NCBI GenBank assembly: GCA_051294375.1
Contig: CM119271.1
Location: 3,682,610-3,746,609, forward strand
Reading direction: 5' to 3'
Length of the DNA stretch: 64,000 bases
From: Paraspadella gotoi
Lineage: Eukaryota > Animalia > Chaetognatha
A program made the position numbers and the translations under genes. This document shows, one piece after another, positions 40,701-52,156 of the stretch. Below the pieces are notes generated by a model. The model made no database searches and was not told the origin of the DNA. It saw only the letters and a list, made by a program, of their open reading frames with translations. Positions within the stretch are counted from its first letter, which is position 1; each line of letters opens with the position of its first letter.

Positions 40701-41880
40701 TTAATTTCTAATTTCAGCCTTAGAAATTCAAATTCTGGCCCTAAAATTCCGTTTCTGCCCTTAATTTTTAAATTTCCAGCCCCATTTAATTCCAGTACTT
40801 CTGGTGTTTTCCACTACCCCTTATTTGTAAACTTTCCCCATGGAATTTCTCCTCCGCCTAAGAAGAAATTCCACTTACGCGCGGGAGGGCGAGCGGGATT
40901 TCCAGCCTCAACCAAAAGATTTCCCCTCTCCGAAACCGAAAGCAGCGGCAGAAGCGCAGCCGCCGCTTGCATCCGACTGCCCGCCAGAACTTTCTCCCGG
41001 TTTCCATCCTCGCGATTTTCAAATTCAGACGAGGGAGTCGAGAATCGGAGGACTGAGAGAGCATGAGAGAGAGAGAGGGAAAGAGAGAAGAGAGAGAGAG
41101 AGAGAGAGAGTAGAGAGAGAGAGAGAGAGAGAGCAGACGAGAGAGCAGAAAGAGAGAGAAAGGAGAGAGAGAGAGAGAGAGGAGAGAACAAAGAAAGAAA
41201 ATTAAAATTTCATTGTAACAAAATTTGACGATGTATTGTCGTTAACTTTTTATTGGGTCGTGTCCGAAGGAATATCCTTTAACACCGACTCCTGACTCGC
41301 GTGCCGCCCGTCTCTCTTAGGACTTAAAATAGCGGCGCTATTCTCTGACTCATCCCACTACGACAATTTTTTCTCTTAAGACGCGGCGCCACCGCCACAA
41401 CGCGAGCCGCTTCGACTAGTGACGCTACGCGAGTTCTCTACCGTCGCCACTAATTTTATTTTCGCGTTGGACTGAATGTGGTATTGAAAAAAAATTCAAG
41501 AAAAAAAGCGCAAGGAAAGAGCGAGAGAAGAGAGAGAAGAAGAAGAGGAAGAGGAAGAGAAGAAGAAGAGAAGAGAAGAGAAGGAGGAAGAGAAGAGAAG
41601 AGAAGAGAAGAGAAGAGAAAAGAGAAGAGGAACTAATAAAAAATAACTCACTCGTTTTTTTCGACTTTCTTCGTTTCTTACCAGCTGACGATAATAAAAC
41701 GCTACGGCGATGATGATCATGATTGACGAATCCAGCGATGAACAGAGAGCCAATCAGAGTGCCGATCTGCGAATAAGAGAAATTAGCCAATCAACAGTGT
41801 GTCGACTCTCGATAAAAGAAATAAGCCAATCAAAGAGCCAATCTGGAATATGAGAAATTATGTGCCAATAAAGTGCTGCC

Positions 41881-42195
41881 TGTAGTCGGTGCATTGGCAT
41901 AAGATCCACCCCGCCTATAAGCATAGACACCTTCAGTCGTGGACGTAGGCTGGTCCTCATTGGAAGTAAAAGCATTAATAGCTCACATGCCCATTAGAGG
42001 TACTGGCGTTCCAATACCAACCCGGGAAGTGTGAGGATGGCTGCTAAAGCCACCTGCGGGGCCCCGGCGTCAGAAAAACCCTCAAGCATGGTTCCTAAGC
42101 AACCAGAAAAACCTTTCTTCTGGCTGACTAGAGGGGCGTTAAAACCCTTGCGGATAGTACTCTTCAGCCCAAACTAGTATGCGCCATTATCCACA
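41881..42195 (+). mobile_element. Solo-LTR-like element (TGT...ACA, 4-bp TSD TGCC), copy 1
   Basis: Starts TGTAGTCGG and ends TATCCACA. TGCC at 41877-41880 and 42196-42199. Interrupts a minisatellite unit. Homologues at 45471, 54587 and 30279. Confidence 0.75.
42042..42139 (+). ncRNA. Candidate twister ribozyme (type P1), degenerate or noisy
   Basis: TGC-TAA-AGCC-AC ... TGG-TTCCTAAGC-(AA)CCAG ... GGCT-(GACTA)-GAGGG-GCG: order of P1, L1 UAA, P2, P4/L4, P2', GAGGG, P1'. Confidence 0.5.
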
Positions 42196-45100
42196 TGCCG
42201 ATCTGATTTAAAAGAAATAATCCAATCAGAGTTCGCATCTGGAATTAAGAGAAATTAGCAATCAGAGTTGCTGATAAGAAATTAATTAAAAGCAGCCAAT
42301 CAGAAGGACCGATCGTGAAAAAGAAGAATGAGTTCAAACTCTATCGTCTAGAAAATTTTACACTAGATTAACCACCAATCACACTCTGGAACGGAACTAC
42401 GTATAACGTCCTCGTTAACCTCTATTAGATTCGTTGAACCGAAAAACATTAAAAGAAATTAGGTGACAGTTGACGATTCAAAGGACAAAAGAGACGACGG
42501 ACGGGCGGATCAGCTGCCCTAGGGCGAGACAGCATAAAGACCAAAAGAGCAACGAAGACTTTCAAAGGAAAAATCTGCGAGAGGCATTCTATGAAAGTTT
42601 TCTGGAGGAAGATGACATCGGTAGATGTCCAGGGAGATGACAAAAGGGAAGCATGAACATGTGAGATTTCAAGGGGAATGTGAAGGAAAAATGAAACAAA
42701 AAAATTCATTCATATTTTAACAGGTTAACAAGCATATTTAAATTAAACTTTCATAAACTAATATTGACATGGACATGACCTGACCTTTTCCACGTTCGGG
42801 GTTGAAGTCGGCAGAGGTCGTCGTTGTTTTCGTTCGAACCGCATTTTCCTCCGTGAATACCGAGTAAAGAGAAGCGCGATCGAGCGAACTCACCCTGATG
42901 ATTAATAGGTTATAGATTAAATCATTATTCATGGCGTGAGTTTTTTTATTTCTGCTCTACTTTATTTGATTATATTCATTCCTCCTCATTTTCGTTTTCC
43001 TCTTTATTTCGCACCGAAATGTTATGTCACTCGTCCGAAAGAGATGTCGCCCCAAGAATCGCCGCCCAAGATTTTCTCGGTCGTGCGCTGTTTATTTTCA
43101 CTTGAATTTTAACAATTTACGATTCCGACGCTTAGGGTCGCATTTGGTTCTCAAAAGCTATTGCTCGACGGAGGAGTAAAACATCTGGGCGGAAAATTAG
43201 TAGTGATAAAAATAGGTAGAAGTTTAATATCGGATCAATTTAAATTAAAATGGGAGATGGAGTTGATGAATGTGAAAATACCTGTTATTTTGGGAATTAA
43301 GGGGGTTGTGATGCAGAGATTAAAATAGTTATAAATGGATTGCCCGTAAAATCGAATTAATCCTTAAGAAATTATACCTTAATAAATAATTTAGAGTATT
43401 GGTCCACCTGGTAAATGATAGAAAACTTGTTGGTTCTAACCTAACCGCAAAACCCCACGGTCTTCAAGTTAACCCGGACTAGTTAAACCAACCGCATTAA
43501 ACAAGCAATCTAATCAATTTAAATCATATTCAAAATTCAGATTTAAACAATCAACAAAAAAGCAATAATTCATTCACCGGCCCAAACTGACCGTCCGCAT
43601 TGACCGTAATCTCGAAGGTCTTCTCCTCAGAATCTGGGCAGAAGTTGGGAAGGGCAGGGACCTCCGGAGCGTTGGTCCGTCTTATCGCAGACCTTCGGCT
43701 CTGGTGGACCTCTCGTCTTCTTTTCGATTTGTCGAATTCGCAGGAAAAAATGTTTGGAGTGAGTTTTGAGCTTCTTGCAGACGGGGAAAAAAATGAGTAA
43801 TTGCCTATAAATTTCATGTTTATGTCAAACGACTTCCCAAGAACGATCTAAAACTAGTTAATCTATAAAAAAGTGAGTTATAGTTACAGTCCTGGTGCTA
43901 AAAAAACAAAATCGAATAAAAACGATACAGGCCCCACTTTAATAATAAGACTATGAAAAATCTACCTCTGTATACAACTTGAATTTTTTTAAAATGAATG
44001 CCCTCCAGAGTTATTAAAGTGTATCCGAGAAGAATATAAGAGAGTTTAGATATAAAATGCTAAAAAATCAATAATTATCTCGCCGAAATAAATAGAGAAT
44101 CTCTAACTTAATGTAAATTGTTTGAGTGTCATCGACAAGTCACAGGAGACCAGCCTAATGAAGTTAGATATAATCTAGTCGTGAATAGAGGGTACGTTCC
44201 CTAACGAAAAATAAAACATGAGCGATAATTATCTGGTATAAAAGCAATTTATTTAATTGTACAAATTCACAAGACAAACATCTCCCCATAATAGGAGATT
44301 TCACGTTACACAGTCCAATCCTGCTAAGCTTTTTAAGGATATATTCTTTTAAATTTTATATTAAAAATCCAACATCATTTGTTGAAGAATTAAGTATAAA
44401 AAAGATAGAGAAATTATTTTTCCTTTTAAATCTTAGCAAGATTAGATCATTAAGTTTTTTCAATTATATTCTTTGTTTCTAAAGCTGAGCTTTCCATCAA
44501 ATTAAAAATTGCCTACTTTTTATTCAGTTAAATACTAAGTAAAAAAGTGTCTATTACCTATTTAAGAAAGAATATTTTCCTTATGTTCACCCAAATGAGA
44601 AACTTAATTAATTAGAATTCGATTATCCGTTAATAGTCATCCTGCAGAATAGCGAGAGAACGAAAGAAAGAGAAGACAACGGACAAACGCTAAACAGAAT
44701 CCTAAGGCCATACGAAAAAAAGCACTTCAACCCATGAAAATGAGAGAAAGACGCACTAGATAGTCACAAAGACACACCGACATTACATAGACAGGAGGGT
44801 GAGACCAACTCACTTTCCAGGCTGAGGAAGAAGTTCACTAGAACAAGTAAAAGACTTTCGTTTGAACAAAATCCTTTATCCCGTAAAAGAACCGTCGACA
44901 ACAAATGGCCCCGCCCGCGATGAATCTTGTCCGCCTCCGAAGTTGAAACTTGCGATGAGACGGGGGGATTCCCTATTTCGCGATGGTGGAGACAGGGGTG
45001 GCAATGTGGAAGGTGTGTGTGAGAGTACGACGGGTGTGAGCGCTGCGCAGCTCCGCTCTCAGCCGTGGAGAAGAAAAGAGGTGAAAAGAGGGTAGGTGGA

Positions 45101-45470
45101 GAACGAGAGAGAAGAGAGAAAAGAGAGAGAGAGAGAGAGACAAAAACTGATGAAATGTCCCAAAATAGAAGAAAAGGGTGTCTCCATCGTGAGAAAGTTT
45201 AGGGTAATGAGAGAGTTCACCAGATTTTTTTGGCCAGAGATCAGAGAAACTCAATCTTCTAGCTAGATTTAACATATAACACAGGATGTTCTGAACGGAT
45301 CAAGTGTACTCATCCTTTCTGGCTCTGATATATCAGATGTTCTTATTCTGCCACAAAGATTATTCAGACTGATGTAACGATGTTTTATCTGCGGCAAAAA
45401 GAAAAAACTCCACTCTTTACGCGGCCTCGAAAAATGCCACGAATACAACTGACCTCTTTAAGTACAGATA

Positions 45471-45696
45471 TGTAGTCGGGCCGTGATAACCTTCAGTTCA
45501 TGACCCGGCTGGCTCATTGGAGTATAAAGCCAATCGCAGCGTTCATGGTGGCAAGCATGAAGGACGGCCGCTTAAACCGCCTTTGGGGCGTGAAAACCCT
45601 CAAGCCTGTTTACAAGCCCAGACCCGTTTCATGCTGCTGAGGGGCATAGAAGCTAGGATAAGTAATCTTCAGCCCATTAGCGCTTGTATCTACTTG
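45471..45696 (+). mobile_element. Solo-LTR-like element, copy 2 (internally shorter)
   Basis: Starts TGTAGTCGG, has ATTGG plus TATAAA (45523-45528), and ends CTTCAGCCCATTAGCGCTTGTATCTAC. GATA on both flanks (45467-45470, 45697-45700). Confidence 0.7.
45569..45647 (+). ncRNA. Candidate twister ribozyme (type P1 with P3)
   Basis: GCT-TAA-ACC-GC-[CTTTGGGG/CCCTCAAG P3]-C-CTG-TTTACAAGC-CCAG ... GCT-GAGGG-GCA. Confidence 0.5.
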
Positions 45697-45996
45697 GATA
45701 TTCTCGGTATGCCACAAGATGAGACTCACTCGTCCGGGCTAATCTCACAAGGGATGACAACAAATACTACTCACTCTCTTGATATTCTATACTGCCACAA
45801 TGGCATTCACTCATCCAGGCCGGATCTCACACGATATCACGATGACAACTCACACTTAGCGATATTCTATATGCACAGATGAACCCACTCGTCGCGAAGC
45901 TGATCTCACAGATGTCACAGAATAACAACACACTCTTTATATTCTATCTTGCCACAGATAGGACTCACTGTCCGCGGAGCTGATCTTACAGATGTT
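45697..45996. repeat. ~80-bp minisatellite, about 4 degenerate copies
   Basis: Recurring GATATTCTAT..TGCCACAGATG.ACTCACTCGTCC...GCTGATCTCACAGATGTCAC..ATGACAAC..ACACTCTT. Confidence 0.8.
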
Positions 45997-47396
45997 AGCC
46001 TCGGTGAACAAGAATAACAGTTCTCGTTTTTCTTTGAGGAGAATTTCTCCGCGATTTATAGGAGATGAACGCCGTCATCTGCGCAGGCCGTCGATACCGG
46101 CGTCCGGCGGCACTGTCGGGCTGGCGTTGGTCCGGCGGACGTTGTCGGCGGCTGGAGACGAAGCCAAAATAATCGGAACAAAATAGCACGGCGATTTCCA
46201 TCGCCCACTTTAGTTGTCGGCTTTTTAGTTTCGGTCCAACAGTTGTTTTGAATTCGAATTAAAATTTTACTAATTCGATTAATTTAACTCAGTGTTACGA
46301 GGATATCGAAATAAACCGTTTTAAAATTTAAAGGTGGTTACTGCTTCAAGAGAAATTAAGAAAAATATTTTACCAGATGACTGTGGACATTCATAGTGAT
46401 GCAGCGTGCATGTAACCGATTGCAGTTGCGGCTTGAAAAATTTTAATATTACAAAAAATCAAGATTCTTCTCAAAATATATTTTGAAGTCGTATGAAAAA
46501 CTTTCTCGCGCAAAAAAAAAAAGGCGTTTTTAAAAAAATAATTGTGACATTGACTATTAAGTATCCAAGAAAAGATTTCCGTCCAATGTCGATCGGCGAT
46601 TGTCACGCGCCTTGTCCCCTTAAACTTCCGGCGGCCCGGCAATCGCTCCAAAGTCCAAAACGTCCGCGATTATATTGGCGCGATCACGTTTCGTCCCGAC
46701 CGATCGTCACGACGAAAAAAAAACCCAATTTCCTCCGGCCGACATTTCGTCCCTCAGAAAACAGAAAAACAGAAAAACAGAAGAAAACAGAAAAACAAGA
46801 AAAAGAAAACTCCGAAAATCGAATCCTGTGAATTATCCGAGGATTTTGTTGATTCTGTGATTTTGATCCTCTGACAATTAATACGGCGATTCTGGTGCAA
46901 TCAATAAATAAACGAATCAATAAATTAAAGAGATGTAAAAAAGAATTTAAAAGAAGTTAAAGGGTTTTGAAGTTCAAAACTGTTCTTGAAAGCTCAGAAA
47001 TTTTTTAAAAATAAATATAATAATGATATTGGATCCTTGAAATCTTGTATCGACTTAGTTTGTGATTTTGATTTCGAAGAATCAATCACGTACTATTCAT
47101 ATAGATGATCAATGTTCAGCAAATTGCATATAGAGAAAACCGAATAATAAGATGTGAACCTTCCAAAATGTAGGGTATGATCCAGCTGATCAAGTTCATC
47201 ATTTGTGATCTTCTCACGGAAACTCTTCCTCGCTTTTTGTTTCAAGCCGCTGAAGAAAGGAAGGCCTTGGGTAAGAAATCGCCACCCGTGCGTCTTCATA
47301 CCCAATTTGAAGGTCACTCTAATTAATCAGGTTTGCTTCTTATCAAGATTTATCTGAACACTGATCATGGTNNNNNNNNNNNNNNNNNNNNNNNNN

Positions 47397-50300
47397 TAGA
47401 TTTTAGAATAGGATAGATTAGAAAATATTAGATTAGATAGATAATTAGATTAGATTAGATAGGATTAGAATAGATTAGTAGATTGGAAAGATAGAATTAG
47501 ATTAGATTAGAAAGATAGAATTAGATAGATAGATATTATTAGATAGTTAGATTAGATTAGATAGATAGATTAGTTAGATAGATTAGATTATGATTATTAA
47601 ATAGATAGAATAGATTTAGATAGATAATTAGATAGATAGAATTAGTTAAGATAGATTAGATAGATTAAATAGAATTAGAAGAATAGATTAGATAAAGATA
47701 AATTAATATAGATAGATTTAGATAGATTAGATAAGAGGATAAAAAGAAAAAAACATGATGAAGGGAGCGATTGTTGGAAAAAAGGGTAAGAGAAAAATTA
47801 TTTTGAGATACATGGATAAAAAATAAAAAAAAACATCGTTAATTATTTCAGATGACGAAACGAAAACAAACTTAATATTTTAAAAATTAAATCCGAATCT
47901 TGAAGTTAAAAAACGAATTTTTTTTTTTTTTTGGGTTTGACGATTTTTTTTATTTCACGAAAAAAAAGGGGAAATTGTGAAACGAAGTGTTCGACGTTTG
48001 TGAACGAAAAATATTTTTCTTTCAAAAACATTAAATGAAATATTTAATTGGTATATGTGGTTGTGCCGGCGCGATTTGCCGTTCGCGTATTGGATTGTGG
48101 AAAAGTTTTTAAGATGATAGCAACAGCCGGGTTGCCTACTGGAGACGACAAATTTCTCAATCTAATTTTTTTCTCCCTACAAGTTCTGCCGAGCGGATCG
48201 CTATCCTTTTGGAAAAGAAAAAAAAAAGAAGCAGAGGAAGTTTTAAGAGCATTTGCTTCGCTGCGGGTTTATGCGGGCATAAGTTGAAATTCTCACGCGT
48301 CCCCCCTCACTCTGCCCCCCCCCAGCCCGCCTCCTACGCCCCCCCCTTATCTTGCAACCCTGGAGGCATTTAAATTCGGGCTCAGTACCCTTTATATTCT
48401 TTATATTTTAAAATTAACTGTGTCGCTTCGAGTTTAAGAAAGATAGGCGACAAGGAAGGCGACAAGAAAAAGAAAAGAAGGAAAAAAAATATTGATCCGG
48501 TTTTATGCCCCCGCGTTCGCCATCCGTCCTTTTCTCACAATTTTTTTTTTTTTAGTTGAGGCCAAGTGCGCCGCGGGTACTCGCGGATCAACCTCTATAA
48601 GACACTTTTCGGCGTCTGTTCGGTCCGTCGGTCCGTCGGTCCGTCCGTCCGTCGGTCCGTCCCACTTACGTAAAAATTCTTATTAACTTGGCTATAATTT
48701 TAAGACTGAAAAATCCTCAAATCCTAAAACTATAAAGAATTAAAATACTGAATTCCGGATGCAGGAAGTCTTTAATTACACAGCCCAAGGAAGTTATGTA
48801 GTCATGTCATGTCGCGTCATCATGTCACGTCATGTCATGTCACGAGAAATTACACGGAAAAAGTAAAGTCACTGCGCGCCAACACATGGGTAAAATGAAC
48901 CGTGGATTTCATTCTCGATTTAAAAAAACAAGAACAGTATAATTCAAATGCGTTTGCCGCCCGCAGTGACTGACCTTATCATGTGTATTTCTGTGACATG
49001 ACCTGACATGAATCACACGACGTGACATAAGATGACTACATGACTTTTTTTTAGCTTTAGGATTTTCCTGAAGGCGGCGGGCTAACAGTTCCTTCACAGA
49101 TTTGAGGTTTTCTGTCTTTAACAAAAGAAGCAACCAACTTCTAGGCAAATTTATGCATTTTCATTTTAATGTAGTAGGACAGACCGACGGAACAGAACAT
49201 TACCACCGACGGAGCCGACCGACAACGACCGAAGAAAAGAGTGAACTTATAGAGTTGCTCCGCGATTACTTCGCGGATTGTATGTTTTTTTAAAGTTTCA
49301 GATATAGATGGAAGACGGAAAAAAAAAAGTCGGACGGTCGTCCGTTTTCGTTAGAGATTGCGATCGGAAGTATAGTATAATATATATATATTTTTTGTAT
49401 GTAAAAATGGATGTTGTTTATCTGTTCTTTTTATTCTAATGTTTCTAACGGGAACTCCTTTTTTGCTTCGCTAAGTTTTTTTTTTTTTTTTCTGATTTCT
49501 GAAGGTTAAGAGTCAAATGAGTAAGTGTAACAGCTTCTGCTGATGATTTATAAAGAATGAGTAAGCATAATTGTAATCGTTCGAGTCCCCGAATTATCTC
49601 AGGAAGATTATCATCAGAGAAATTTTCATAGAGAATTATCATATAGAGGACTCCGATCATCGAGGGGTAACAAGAAACGAAGGAACGAAAGGGTCGTTAG
49701 GGGTACTAATATAAATAAAGCTAATAAGAATAAACGTTTCTTCACCGACGCGCAATTAATTAAATAAAAAAAAAAAAAAAATAATTGCGCAGCGCCCGTC
49801 ATCAACGCCGAAATGTCGCTCCAGCAAGCTGATTGTCCGTTGGCTGGAGAAGATTCCATTGACTGTTGTACGACGAACGACTACGAGAAAGACTCGACGA
49901 CGACGACGACGAACGACGACGACGACGCAGCCCGTTGACTGGGAAAGCGACGTCAATTGTTTATAAAAGAATGTGTAAAAAAAATGTTAAGGACAACCCA
50001 ACGGACTACGACAAGGCTTATCAGTATAAATGAAAAGAACTGTAAGACGAGTAGGTTAAAAAAGCCGACGAAATTTGATGTTGATGTTATGAGTCAATAC
50101 CGAAATATATGTAAATACGTATTATGATAGATGATACATCAACTGCGGACGAAGAGATGAGTGAAGATGTAAAAAAAAAAATTGTAAGACAACACGCTAC
50201 GACGTTGACGCCAGAAGAGATGCGTGACGTCAAGAGTAAAATGGTATAAAAAAACCTGTGTGTAACTTAAGACGACCGACGACGGATGACCGACGAACGA

Positions 50301-50455
50301 CGATGTAACGACGTGACGAAGTTCCCAGGGGATTTGAAATTGCGGACAACGCGAATCCTGCAAACCACGCGCTGAGAGAGAGAGAGAGAAGAGAAGAGAG
50401 AGGGAGGAAGAGACGAGGAAGAGAGCAGGAGAGGATAGATGGGGAGAGAGAGAGG

Positions 50456-50496
<41 letters not shown>

Positions 50497-50896
50497 AGAG
50501 AGAGAGAGAGCGAGAGGAGAGAGAGAGAGAGAGAGAGATGATAGATGAGAGAGAGGAATGAGAAGGAAAGAGAGATGAGAGTACAATTTTATTAAAGCAG
50601 AGACTGAAATGCAGCGAAGGTGATGGAAGTTCCACCCAGGTAGGCGTGACTGAATAAGTACCAGTGATTTAGTCACGAATTATTGCCCCTTTCTTTTCTT
50701 GACTCACGTTGAAATTAAGGTTGTTTTTTTCTGGGATTAAGTTGCGAAGATTGGAAATACATATTTTTGGGTATGATAGTATTATTTTTTAAATTGTAGG
50801 TATGCATTATAGATATTTATTACTAAAATAATAAAAGAATAAAATAAAATTGATAAAAAATAAAAGTTAGAAGACCAGAGAGTAGAGAGAGAGAGA

Positions 50897-50932
<36 letters not shown>

Positions 50933-51837
50933 AGAGAGAGAAAGATAGAGAAGAGAACTCAGGACACGAGTACTGTTGTCCTTTAGGTAGAAATTCTAAC
51001 TTAAATTAAAATTCAATAGGGCGGGGTTCCAAAACTTTTAGTCTTGAAAGTCTACTTTTAAGGTAAAAAAAAGAAATTTTTTTAAAAAAAGTTCGATTTT
51101 TTAATGCTTTATTGTTGCTATTAAAATTACAATTATTACTATATAATGATAAAAAATTTTTTAATCAATCTTAAACTTTTTTTGATGGATTCTGATAGAG
51201 CATAAAAAAGTTAAATAAAAAAATTAAAACTTACAACTTTTCAAATATTTATGTTTTCTTGGTAAAATTAAGAAAAAGTAATAAAATTATTAAAAAAGGG
51301 ATGATGATTGATGATTATAAATAGGTTTTCATATTTTTTCACATACTTATGATCAAATATCGAAAAAAAGAATTAACTTTGTGCAGACAACTTTTTGCAA
51401 GCTACTGAATCTGATCTTAAAAATTAAAAAAATCCAAAAAAAATTTTTAGCCTTTCCTTATTTATTAAATAAATATTAAAAAATTAATAATATGGAGTAT
51501 TGGAGTAATATAAAAAAAATTTGTCTATTTCAAATTTTTTTTTAAAAATGTCTTAAATTTTCGTCCTGAGGAGCGCTGCTTTAATTCAATTTCTTAACCA
51601 CCTTATTGAGTTAGTCTCCCCCTATTTAGGCAAAATGAAACAGACGAAAAACGAGGCTCAGAAAACGAGAGAAATAAAAGAAAAAGTAAAAAAAAATGAG
51701 GAAAAAAAAGAAGCGGGAAAAACTCGGAATGGGCGGCGACGAACGGGGAAAGGAAAAACAAAAGTGCGTCGCTGGAAAAAGTTAATAGATTTAGTGGGAA
51801 ACACAAGAGAGGACCTTTTGGCTCCTGAGAGGAGGGG

Positions 51838-51877
<40 letters not shown>

Positions 51878-52103
51878 GGAGAGAGAGAGAGAGAGAGCAG
51901 AGAGAAAAGAAATAGAAAATAAGAAAAAAAGGTAAAGGAAACAGAAATAAAAAGGAAAAAGATGAGAGAATAAAAGAAAGAGAGGAAATTGAAAAAGCCC
52001 GAGGGAAGGGAGGAGAGAGGGACAATAAATTGTTAATGAGACGCAGGGCGAGAGGCACGTAAGCAGAGGTCGAAGTTTAGAGAGAGAGAAGAGAGATGAG
52101 AGA

Positions 52104-52156
<53 letters not shown>

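Larger units (their letters stand above)
41748..42330. repeat. ~36-bp CCAAT-containing minisatellite split by the insertion at 41881-42195
   Basis: Unit AGCCAATCAGAGTGCCGATCTGGAATAAGAGAAATT, about 4 degenerate copies on each side. Confidence 0.75.
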
